This document shows positions 54,410 through 62,618 of a DNA stretch of 64,000 nucleotides, one piece after another (the first letter of the stretch is position 1; each line of letters opens with the position of its first letter). This DNA is from a virus, in the IMG/VR virus record IMGVR_UViG_3300045988_037604, one strand, 5' to 3'. A program made the translations under genes and the position numbers. The notes below the pieces were generated by a model, which saw only the letters and a list, made by a program, of their open reading frames with translations, made no database searches and was not told the origin of the DNA.

Positions 54410-55639
54410 ATGAAAATAAAACAACTAAAAGAAAAGACTATTAAAGGATTTATAGATTTTCTTCCTAAAGTAGTAGTCGATAATATAGAAGGTTTTTCAA
54501 ATATTCTTAATGACAAACTTTCTAAAAGTGAAGGAGGTGAAGTTAATAAACCTATTGTTGTTACTAATAAAGATAGTGATTATTCTATTACAATAAATCC
54601 TGATGGCAGTATTTATATTTGGAGTAAAACTGAAAAAGAAAACCTTTTTAGTTTAAAAATAGATAATAAAGATATTAATCATTTTGTTATTATTAATGAT
54701 GATATTTATAGAGGTTTATGTATAAATAAAATTCATGCTTTATGTGGACAAAATGGTGATTTATGTTATGATGGTGTTTTTGGTAATTTTTATGCTAGCA
54801 AATACATAATAGAAGGTAGTAATAATACACGAGTTCTTTTAGGTGATGGTAGTACTACTGGTAAATTAGTTAAAGATATAAGAGTAAATCGAGACGGTGT
54901 TGATAAAAAAAATACTTTACTACTAATGCTTCAATATATAGATGGTACAGCATTAGGAACTGAATTTCCTGCCGCTACTAAAAAATTAGCAGGACTTATG
55001 ACTGCTGATGATAAGGCTAAGCTTGATAATATTGAAAATACTTATATATCTTCTCAAAATGGAAATATTTATTCAGAATATGATACTAATAATGGTAATA
55101 CTATATTAGATGTTACAGGTAATTATGATGAAGAAGGTTCTGCAGGTAGAATTAGACTTAAATACACAGAAGATAATAAAGGTAAACTTTCTATTATGTT
55201 AGATGGAAGTGAAAGCTCTGTTAATGCTGAAAAGTTTAGTTCAATAATTTTTCCAAATAAAAATGAAGTATGGAGTACTGATGGTGGTCGTATTAATATA
55301 TTAAATCTTCTTTCAAATGCTGCTATATATGTTGCTGGAGGAAAAGAAGGAACACAACCACAAAGTATAAATCATACTACAGTAATAGATAATCCTGATA
55401 ATATAATATTTGATTTAAGAATGAAAATGTTTCTTGCTAGAAAAGGTTTAGTTTATTACTCTCATTGGAATGCTGATATTTCTAAAAATATAGCTCCTCC
55501 CAGTAGATATGGTATAGAAAATGATAATGGAGTTTTTCCTTTTAATAATCAAATGTATAAATTTAGTAATTATGATGATATTTATATTGCTACTTGTTCT
55601 AATGGTATTTGTATTATGGAAAAATTAACTTTAAAGTAA
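54410..55639 (+). CDS. tail fibre/appendage-like protein (putative)
   Basis: 409-aa ORF, Gly/Asn/Asp-rich and beta-rich in composition. Confidence 0.5.
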   Translation: MKIKQLKEKTIKGFIDFLPKVVVDNIEGFSNILNDKLSKSEGGEVNKPIVVTNKDSDYSITINPDGSIYIWSKTEKENLFSLKIDNKDINHFVIINDDIYRGLCINKIHALCGQNGDLCYDGVFGNFYASKYIIEGSNNTRVLLGDGSTTGKLVKDIRVNRDGVDKKNTLLLMLQYIDGTALGTEFPAATKKLAGLMTADDKAKLDNIENTYISSQNGNIYSEYDTNNGNTILDVTGNYDEEGSAGRIRLKYTEDNKGKLSIMLDGSESSVNAEKFSSIIFPNKNEVWSTDGGRINILNLLSNAAIYVAGGKEGTQPQSINHTTVIDNPDNIIFDLRMKMFLARKGLVYYSHWNADISKNIAPPSRYGIENDNGVFPFNNQMYKFSNYDDIYIATCSNGICIMEKLTLK

Positions 55640-55645
55640 TGACAA

Positions 55646-55984
55646 ATGAATGATAAAGAAAAAGAATTATGGAGAGTTATAGATAATGTTATTAAATGTT
55701 GTGCTATAACTACTCTTAATGGAACTCTAAGTATTACAAGAGAGGAAGTTCTTGGTAAATCTCGTGCTGAAAATCTTGTAATGGCTAGATGTATGGTGGT
55801 AGAACAAATGATTCATGCTGGTTTTAGTGTTACAACTATAGCTCAAATTCTTAATAGAACTGCTCAAGCTGTTAGACATTTAGAAAAACTTGCTTTTAGT
55901 TATTTAAAAACTTCTAGAGTTTATAGACTTGCTACTGCTAAAGCTACACTTCTTAATAAAGATGTAGAACCTATGTGTATTTAG
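55646..55984 (+). CDS. HTH DNA-binding protein (DnaA domain IV-like)
   Basis: 112 aa. SRAENLVMARCMVVEQMIHAGFSVTTIAQILNRTAQAVRHLEK resembles the DnaA C-terminal HTH. Confidence 0.4.
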   Translation: MNDKEKELWRVIDNVIKCCAITTLNGTLSITREEVLGKSRAENLVMARCMVVEQMIHAGFSVTTIAQILNRTAQAVRHLEKLAFSYLKTSRVYRLATAKATLLNKDVEPMCI

Positions 55985-56040
55985 AAAATAAAAGAAAAAT
56001 AAAGAGATTATTAAAATCCTTTTATGACTTACCTTATCAT

Positions 56041-56078
56041 GCAGATAAACTAGAACATAACTAGTTTATCTGCTTTTT
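56041..56078 (+). terminator. strong intrinsic terminator
   Basis: Perfect 13-bp stem GCAGATAAACTAG (56041-56053) / CTAGTTTATCTGC (56061-56073) with a 7-nt loop, then TTTTT. Confidence 0.85.
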
Positions 56079-56099
56079 GTTTATAATAGAAATCATCCT

Positions 56100-56107
56100 T
56101 ATCTTTG
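56100..56107 (+). promoter_or_regulatory. candidate Bacteroidota-type -7 box (rightward)
   Basis: TATCTTTGC, 22 nt after the terminator T-run, with TTTG 20 nt upstream. The ATG at 56166 follows. Confidence 0.55.
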
Positions 56108-56165
56108 CGATGTACAAAATACTAGTATAGTACATTTATTTATTAATTATTTAACTTTTTAAATT

Positions 56166-57092
56166 ATGGATGATTCTAAAGTTTTTATGTTCCCTGATGG
56201 TGGAACTAAGCAAACAAGTGACGTTAATAGTTTGCTTCCTCTTCTTATGATGAGTAATGGAGGTATGAATGGTGGAGGTTGGATGTGGATTATCTTTCTG
56301 TTTTTCCTTTATCCTCTTATGCGTAATGGCGGTTTGTTTGGTAATGCTGGTGGAAATGGCAATGGTTGCTTAGGTCCTCTTGCTAATATGGTTAATAACA
56401 ATGATGGACGAGATTTAATTATGCAAGCTATTAATGGTAATGGTGCTGCTGTTCAGAGATTAGCCACTATGTTTGGTACTAAAGTTGATATGATTCAGGC
56501 AGCTATTTCTCAAGCAAATAATGCTATTACTCAAGTTGGTTGTAAGATTGATTCTTCTACTGGTGCTCTTCTTAATGCTGGTACTCAGAATACAATGACT
56601 CTTGCTCAACAGTTGGCTAATTGCTGCTGCAATTTGAAGACTATGATTAGTGATACTGCTCATCAGTCGCAACTTGAAACTCTTCGTCAGACAGATACTA
56701 TTAAAGAATCTGTAGGTGCTGTGGGTAGTAATGTTACTCGTGGCTTTGCTGATGTAGGTTATGCACTTCGTGACCAGACTTGTAATCTTGAGAAATCAAT
56801 AGATGGTGTAGGTGATAGGGTTATTGCAAAACTTGATGCTACTGAAAAAGCTGCAATGCAAGATAAGATTAATGCTCTTCAGACACAGCTTACTACTGAA
56901 CATCAGAGTGGAGTTATTGCTCAGCAAATTGCTGCTGCTGTTAATCCTATTGCTGCTGCTGTTCAGGAAATTAAGTGCGCTCAACCTCAGACTGTAACAG
57001 TTCCTTATCAGCCATTCCAGGCAGTACCAAATTGTGTTGCTTATCAGTATGGTATGTATAATAATGGTAATCTTAATGGTTTTTGGATGTAA
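56166..57092 (+). CDS. virion protein (putative) with Gly/Asn/Met-rich N-terminus and TM segment
   Basis: 308 aa with GGWMWIIFLFFLYPLM and a Q/A-rich coiled body. GC-richer codon usage. Confidence 0.55.
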   Translation: MDDSKVFMFPDGGTKQTSDVNSLLPLLMMSNGGMNGGGWMWIIFLFFLYPLMRNGGLFGNAGGNGNGCLGPLANMVNNNDGRDLIMQAINGNGAAVQRLATMFGTKVDMIQAAISQANNAITQVGCKIDSSTGALLNAGTQNTMTLAQQLANCCCNLKTMISDTAHQSQLETLRQTDTIKESVGAVGSNVTRGFADVGYALRDQTCNLEKSIDGVGDRVIAKLDATEKAAMQDKINALQTQLTTEHQSGVIAQQIAAAVNPIAAAVQEIKCAQPQTVTVPYQPFQAVPNCVAYQYGMYNNGNLNGFWM

Positions 57093-57110
57093 TCTATAGG
57101 AGGTAATATT

Positions 57111-57428
57111 ATGGCTTTAAATAATGAATTCATTGGTAATCGTGGTGGTATACCTTTAGTAGCTGCTACTCAAACGACTGCTGGCAGTGCTACTGCTAAT
57201 GCTGTTTTTAGTATGCCTAATCATACTTTCAGAGCTATGGGAGTTGCTGGTATTATGGTAATTAATTTTAATGCAGCTACAACTACTGCAACTGGTTTTG
57301 AAATTATGGTTAATAATAGTACTCTTCCTCTTTTGGCAAGTAATGGAGAAGCTCTTACTGCTCTTACAGCAGGTCTTCACATTATAGTATTTGATAAACA
57401 AAATAATAAACTTCAACTTATAGTATAA
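57111..57428 (+). CDS. hypothetical protein
   Basis: 105-aa ORF preceded by TAGGAGGT, 8 nt before the ATG. Confidence 0.55.
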   Translation: MALNNEFIGNRGGIPLVAATQTTAGSATANAVFSMPNHTFRAMGVAGIMVINFNAATTTATGFEIMVNNSTLPLLASNGEALTALTAGLHIIVFDKQNNKLQLIV

Positions 57429-57898
57429 TGTTTTCTGCACTAAATCAAGGTAGTCTTGTTTATATTCTAGATAAGACTGATGGAGTCAAATTTAAGATTG
57501 GTGAAATTGTTGGTACAACTGTTCCTCAATTTGCTGTTGATGGTTCAGGAATGGTAATGAAATTATCAGTTAAGATAAACGGAAATGTTGCTGAATATAA
57601 TAATGTTCCAAGTGCTGCAACTATAGTTTCTTATAATAATGGTAAATTTATTATTGCTGAAACCAAACAAAGTATTCAATCTGAAGTAGAGTCTACTCTT
57701 CATAATGCTAATTATATTATAGAACATATTGAAGATTATAAATCTCAAATTACTCAATGTGAAAACGTCCTTAAAGAACTAAATCCACAATATGCTAAAG
57801 ATAAAGCTCGTGATGAAGAGATAGCTGGTATTAAATCTGAAGTTGCTGGAATGAAAGGTGATATAGCTAAAATTCTAGCTGCTGTAACTAACAAATAA
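57428..57898 (+). CDS. hypothetical protein
   Basis: 156-aa ORF with an ATG/TAA overlap (TAATG). Confidence 0.55.
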   Translation: MFSALNQGSLVYILDKTDGVKFKIGEIVGTTVPQFAVDGSGMVMKLSVKINGNVAEYNNVPSAATIVSYNNGKFIIAETKQSIQSEVESTLHNANYIIEHIEDYKSQITQCENVLKELNPQYAKDKARDEEIAGIKSEVAGMKGDIAKILAAVTNK

Positions 57899-57902
57899 AA
57901 TT

Positions 57903-58124
57903 ATGATGATTATGATAAAGACAGGAAAGAAGTCACTCTCTGAAATGAAAGAGAAACTTCATAGAATGAGAATGGAAATTCAAGAACTTGAAGAAGATAT
58001 TGAAGAATGTGAGCGTAAAGATAATTATGATTACGATGATGACTATGATTCTCGTAGGAGAAATCGCCGTGATGATGACGATAGAGAACGAGAAAGAACT
58101 CGTCGTAGTAGATATGATTATTAA
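57903..58124 (+). CDS. small Arg/Asp-rich protein
   Basis: 73 aa. Coiled N-terminal half, then DYDDDYDSRRRNRRDDDDRERERTRRSRYDY. Confidence 0.5.
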   Translation: MMIMIKTGKKSLSEMKEKLHRMRMEIQELEEDIEECERKDNYDYDDDYDSRRRNRRDDDDRERERTRRSRYDY

Positions 58125-58134
58125 CTAACTGAAG

Positions 58135-58174
58135 CGTAGAAGAGTAATACTAAACACTCTTCTACGTGGGGGTT
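58135..58174 (+). terminator. hairpin formed by a GC-rich motif copy and an inverted half-copy
   Basis: CGTAGAAGAGT (58135-58145) pairs with ACTCTTCTACG (58156-58166), 11 bp. The 3' arm continues as tgggggtt, completing the motif ctcttctacgtgggggtt. Confidence 0.6.
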
Positions 58175-58188
58175 GTAATACTAATAGT

Positions 58189-58608
58189 ATGACTAGAGAC
58201 TCTTTTGACCAATATGATAAACTTCCTGAAGATATGATTATATATCTAAAATATAATGGAAGACATTTTAATAGACGGCTTGCTGAATTTGCTATTGGTA
58301 AAATGACAACTAGAGATTCTAATAATAATGAAGTTCCTTTAGCTGTTATTACTAAAGAACGTCTTAAAGAATTGCTTAATAACAATAATATTCATATTGA
58401 CAATGATTATATTTATGATGCTTTATTTGTAATTAACATGGGTAAAGCTGATTATTTAGGAAGTAGCATACCTGATGAAAATCATTTAGCTAAATATGTT
58501 AATGATGTGATTAATGATGTTGATGGTTATGATGGACTTCCTTTTAATAGATGGTATGCAGATATGGTTCATAAAGGTATTCCTATAGATTGGTATGAAT
58601 GTAGATAA
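58189..58608 (+). CDS. hypothetical protein
   Basis: 139-aa ORF. Confidence 0.55.
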   Translation: MTRDSFDQYDKLPEDMIIYLKYNGRHFNRRLAEFAIGKMTTRDSNNNEVPLAVITKERLKELLNNNNIHIDNDYIYDALFVINMGKADYLGSSIPDENHLAKYVNDVINDVDGYDGLPFNRWYADMVHKGIPIDWYECR

Positions 58609-58613
58609 TAATT

Positions 58614-58647
58614 AAGTGCTTATTACAATCAGTAATAAGCACTTTTT
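58614..58647 (+). terminator. intrinsic terminator
   Basis: Perfect 13-bp stem AAGTGCTTATTAC (58614-58626) / GTAATAAGCACTT (58632-58644), loop AATCA, T-run to 58647. Confidence 0.8.
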
Positions 58648-58705
58648 ATTTGCTTAAAAATAAAGTTAAAACTAATGATATAACTCATGCTTATAATAAA
58701 GGAGT

Positions 58706-58713
58706 TATCTTTG
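58706..58713 (+). promoter_or_regulatory. candidate Bacteroidota-type -7 box (rightward)
   Basis: TATCTTTG, 59 nt after the terminator and 24 nt before the ATG at 58737. Confidence 0.45.
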
Positions 58714-58736
58714 TAAATAATAAATATAATAATGTT

Positions 58737-59057
58737 ATGGATATAATTAATGACACTATTCAAAATTTAACTACTAGTTTTGATTTTAGTTATTGTATAG
58801 TAGTAAATGTTCTAGCTTATATTCTTATTACTTGTTTTATAGATATTGCTAGAGGAAATATAACTAGATTTATGAAAAGATTTCTTCTAGTTATTAGTAT
58901 GATTGCTGTTGGTATAGTTTATTATCTTATCGGAGTAGATGTTAAACTTATAGTTAATTCTGCTATTATAACTCCTGTTAGTTGGAGTTGGATAATTAAA
59001 CCTATACTTGCTAAGTTTGGATATGATTATAAAGATATAGATAAACGTTTAAATTAA
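58737..59057 (+). CDS. small membrane protein
   Basis: The ORF-track ORF starts at TTG 58650, inside the terminator/promoter region. The ATG at 58737 (MDIINDTIQ...) gives 106 aa with 2-3 TM helices. Confidence 0.5.
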   Translation: MDIINDTIQNLTTSFDFSYCIVVNVLAYILITCFIDIARGNITRFMKRFLLVISMIAVGIVYYLIGVDVKLIVNSAIITPVSWSWIIKPILAKFGYDYKDIDKRLN

Positions 59058-59070
59058 TTCTTAACTAGTT

Positions 59071-59961
59071 ATGAAACAAATTGATATTGACCGTATGGTT
59101 GATGCTCGGAATATGTCTCCTGAGCATAAAAATATTCTTAGAAAAGCTTTAGGTTATGCTGCTGGTGAAGGTCGTAAAGAAATTCAAGAAAAACTTGATT
59201 CTCTTGATAAAGAAGTAGGTAATATTTTAAGTAGTTTAGGTTCTACTCTTGGAGCTGTAGCTCTAGAAATAGGAAATGACGAAGGAGTTAAAGCTAGAAA
59301 TCTTGCTAAACTTAAAACTGTTACTAGTCATGATTCTTTCTTTGCTGATATTAATTATGGTTTTGGTACTGCTTCTTGGAATGATGGTGTAGGAGGTGTA
59401 GCATTTATTATTACGGCTGGCGGTACAGCTAAACCTTATACTATTGGAGCTGATGGTTCTGTAGGAGGAGGTATAGATATTAATCTTAAAGACCCTAATA
59501 CTGAAGTATTTATTATTCTTGCTGATAACGAAGAACTTCCTACTGATGAATCTAAAATTCAAGGAAAGATTTATTGTAAAAAGAATACTTCTAGTACTGC
59601 TGGAGATAATCAATATAATGAATATATTTATGTTAAGAGTACTAAGAAATGGGAGAAAGTTGGTGAATTTCAAGCTGAACCTGATTTAAGTGGTTATGCT
59701 AAACTTAATGGTGCTTCTTTTACTGGTTCAATTGCAACCTACGGTTGGTTAAAGGTTGTAGGTGGAATATATCCAAGTAATAATAAATATTTACCTATAC
59801 GAAACGATATGTATAATAAATCGAATTATACATATGGAGGAGATGGCAGCATTGCTGATATAGGTACTCCTGAAGATTTAGTTTTTACTCTTGAAGATGG
59901 TTCTACTGTAACTAAATCTATTAGAGTTATTTCTACAACTACTAGTAAAGCTGGTGCTTAA
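59071..59961 (+). CDS. tail fibre-like protein (putative)
   Basis: 296 aa. N-terminal coiled segment followed by a Gly-rich beta-type region. Confidence 0.5.
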   Translation: MKQIDIDRMVDARNMSPEHKNILRKALGYAAGEGRKEIQEKLDSLDKEVGNILSSLGSTLGAVALEIGNDEGVKARNLAKLKTVTSHDSFFADINYGFGTASWNDGVGGVAFIITAGGTAKPYTIGADGSVGGGIDINLKDPNTEVFIILADNEELPTDESKIQGKIYCKKNTSSTAGDNQYNEYIYVKSTKKWEKVGEFQAEPDLSGYAKLNGASFTGSIATYGWLKVVGGIYPSNNKYLPIRNDMYNKSNYTYGGDGSIADIGTPEDLVFTLEDGSTVTKSIRVISTTTSKAGA

Positions 59962-59970
59962 GGAGGTATT

Positions 59971-62088
59971 ATGGATTTTAGTAAAGTAACTGCATTACAA
60001 ATACCTGAAGGTAATGTAACTAAAATAGAAGATAAAGAAGGTAATATTCTTTGGGCTAGTATTAATAAACTTGCTTATGGAGTTCGTTGGGATTCTGTCA
60101 ATCAAGCTACTACTGCTTGTGAAAGAATTGGTAATCTTGAATTTCATAAAACTCTTCCTATTCAAAGTAGGTTTAAAGTCTGTATTCATAAAGGTAAAGA
60201 AATTCAATATTATTGTAATCCAATTGATAGTAGATTTGTTGAAGAAAGTAAAAGAATTCGATTTACACACCAAGGAACTGATTTAAATATTACTGCTTGT
60301 GATGGTCTCCCTGCTGGTGTTGTATCTTGTGAAGAAGATAGTGTAGTTAAATGCAAGTTTATAAATACAACTTTATTTTCTAACTATAGATTTCTATATT
60401 CTTATGTTCTTGTACAAAGTAATACATCAGAACACACAGCTGTTGGTAGAATTGTTTATATTGATACAAATAAAGGAGAAGCTTATATAGATGATTCGGA
60501 TGATATACCTTATAGTACTTATACTAAAGGCGATAAATCTGAGCCATATTATATATATGACACATTAAATGATTATCCTGAATTTGATACTAATTGCACT
60601 GTTGAACTTGGTTGTTCTATTAATGGTTATGATGGAGAAATAGGAGTTGATACAGGTGGCAAATTTTATCAATGGTCTGTAGATAAAGATGGTGCTGGTA
60701 ATGAAGTTTGGCAAAGTCTTCATAAATGTGTTCCTTATGCCAGAGAAATAAAAAGACATATTATTGGTATAGATAGAGCTTGTGTTCTTAATGTTGCTTT
60801 TAATGATGCTAAATGGGGTTGGATTGGTAGTCTAGAAGCTAATACAGCAGTAAATGTTATTAATTATCATACTAATCTTAGAGGTGGAACTAATACTACT
60901 ACTTTTGATAAATACTTAGGAGTTGATTCTTTTAGATGCCAACTTGGTAAAGCTAGAACTAATCTTAATCTTGCTACAATGAGAAGTTACTCTCAAAAGA
61001 CAGATGGTGGGCAAATGCTTTATAAACAGATTTGGGAAGCTATTGTTTGGAGTTATGTTATTGAATATGCAGACTTCGATGTAAAGAAAGAATATACTAA
61101 TTCACTTACTACTGAAGGTTATCATCAAGGAGGATTAGGTAATGGACTTACTGGAGGAAATGACTTAAGCCATTATAACGGTAGTGAAAAGTTTGCTCCT
61201 AATGATTATACTCTCGCATTAGGCAATAATATTGGCATTAAAATTAGAGCTGCTAGACAATGGGATATTCGAGTTGCTGCTAATCATTATTGGAATAACT
61301 ATACTATTGATAATAGTATGCTAACTGCTTTAGATGGTAGTTATAAAGTTCTTACCATTATAAATATTATGAATCCTAATACAGATTATAATATTAAGGC
61401 TTCAGGTAATGTTGTTGGAGGAACAGTTAAATATAAAATTACTGGACTTACTGGTGGTCAAACTGTAGTATTTAAAAGAGAAAAAGGCAATTTAACTATA
61501 ACAACTGATGGAACCTATGATGTAGAATGGGGTACAAGTAATGTCGAAAGAAAGATTTATTTTAATGAATTTCAGTCTAGTTGTAATATAGTTATTGAAA
61601 TTCTTTCTGCTCCTAGTTATAATATAATTCAAGGAAATCAAGTTGCTTGGAATGTTCCTCATTGGAGAGGATTTAATGTTTTTTGGTATGGAGATACTTA
61701 TATTAATATAGATAATATGTTAAGTAAATATGATACTACTAAACAAAAGAGAATTTTCTATTATACAGATGATGTTACTAAATTTAGTGATGATATTAGT
61801 AATAAAGAACATCAAATAGAAAGTTTTACTAAGATAGATAATGAGGATTGGTTAAGAGAAGTAAGAATAAATAATAAAGGAGATATATTTCCTGTTAAAA
61901 ATACAATTATTAATGTTTATAAACACGCTGTAAATATGAGTTCCAAAGACACCAACGTTATTGCTACTTATATTGGTGGTTCAAATGCCATTAGGACAAA
62001 TAGTATCTTTTCTTTTTATTTAAAATATCTTGTTGCTGCAAATTATACTGAAGTAGGTTTTGTTAAGGTTACAATTTTAGATACTTAA
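59971..62088 (+). CDS. tail fibre / receptor-binding protein (putative)
   Basis: 705 aa, preceded by AAGGAGGT. Large, beta-rich, and positioned after a fibre-like gene. Confidence 0.5.
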   Translation: MDFSKVTALQIPEGNVTKIEDKEGNILWASINKLAYGVRWDSVNQATTACERIGNLEFHKTLPIQSRFKVCIHKGKEIQYYCNPIDSRFVEESKRIRFTHQGTDLNITACDGLPAGVVSCEEDSVVKCKFINTTLFSNYRFLYSYVLVQSNTSEHTAVGRIVYIDTNKGEAYIDDSDDIPYSTYTKGDKSEPYYIYDTLNDYPEFDTNCTVELGCSINGYDGEIGVDTGGKFYQWSVDKDGAGNEVWQSLHKCVPYAREIKRHIIGIDRACVLNVAFNDAKWGWIGSLEANTAVNVINYHTNLRGGTNTTTFDKYLGVDSFRCQLGKARTNLNLATMRSYSQKTDGGQMLYKQIWEAIVWSYVIEYADFDVKKEYTNSLTTEGYHQGGLGNGLTGGNDLSHYNGSEKFAPNDYTLALGNNIGIKIRAARQWDIRVAANHYWNNYTIDNSMLTALDGSYKVLTIINIMNPNTDYNIKASGNVVGGTVKYKITGLTGGQTVVFKREKGNLTITTDGTYDVEWGTSNVERKIYFNEFQSSCNIVIEILSAPSYNIIQGNQVAWNVPHWRGFNVFWYGDTYINIDNMLSKYDTTKQKRIFYYTDDVTKFSDDISNKEHQIESFTKIDNEDWLREVRINNKGDIFPVKNTIINVYKHAVNMSSKDTNVIATYIGGSNAIRTNSIFSFYLKYLVAANYTEVGFVKVTILDT

Positions 62089-62402
62089 ATTGATTGTTTT
62101 CATATTTAATAAACTAAAGTTATTACAACTATATAACTTATTAGAAAGCAAGGAGATATAATTCTTCTTGCTTCTTTTGTTATTGATAGTATTGATGATA
62201 ATGTTGATAATAATACTGATAATGATATAATTGATGATTAATAAAATTTATTTTTATTTATATGGCTTATTTTCGCTTTGTCTGTAAGTCTTTAATTATC
62301 AAGCTGATTAATTATTCATCGAATGTTAATAAGACGATTTGTGCACGCACACAGATAGTAATTTGATGACATCATGGATTTGGATAAATGGTTTCAAAGT
62401 TT

Positions 62403-62410
62403 TACCTTTG
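62403..62410 (+). promoter_or_regulatory. candidate Bacteroidota-type -7 box (rightward)
   Basis: TACCTTTGC in the 530-nt gap, ~210 nt before the ATG at 62619. Confidence 0.35.
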
Positions 62411-62555
62411 CCCCTACTAAAGGGACATCAAAAGACATCTAATAGATAAAGTTACTAATAGACTTATAGATGAAACTTTAAATGATAATAAGCCTCCTCG
62501 TTAAGAAGTTGATGATTACCTAAGTAATAGAGATAGAACTCAAACCAAACATCAA

Positions 62556-62576
62556 CATTCTTCTACGGGGGGGCTT
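62556..62576 (+). repeat. GC-rich dispersed motif copy (in 5' leader)
   Basis: attcttctacggggggggctt, flanked by aacatt/aatgtt, which can close a stem. Confidence 0.9.
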
Positions 62577-62618
62577 TAATGTTTTATTAATATTCATATT
62601 ACTAATAATGTTAAAGCT

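Noticed and set aside
58650-58736. N-terminal extensions given by the ORF track from TTG or other alternative starts: 58650, 38543, 39188, 40179, 53977 and possibly 4712.
   Set aside because: The extensions overlap upstream genes or terminator/promoter elements. In each case a downstream ATG sits in a typical spacing just after the previous stop, so the shorter coordinates were used.
62149-62243. A small ORF (VIDSIDDNVDNNTDNDIIDD) behind an AAGGAG sequence in the gap after the fibre gene.
   Set aside because: There is no ATG, GTG or TTG start in frame after the preceding stop. The apparent coding periodicity comes from the TGAT repeat.
2031-62410. Treating every TAnnTTTG match as a promoter.
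   Set aside because: With six fixed positions in AT-rich DNA the box is expected on the order of a hundred times by chance in the window. Only matches in gaps directly upstream of first genes, after terminators, or with extended shared context (TTATCTTTGCAATAG twice, TAnnTTTGCAGCA twice) were kept, and those only at modest confidence.
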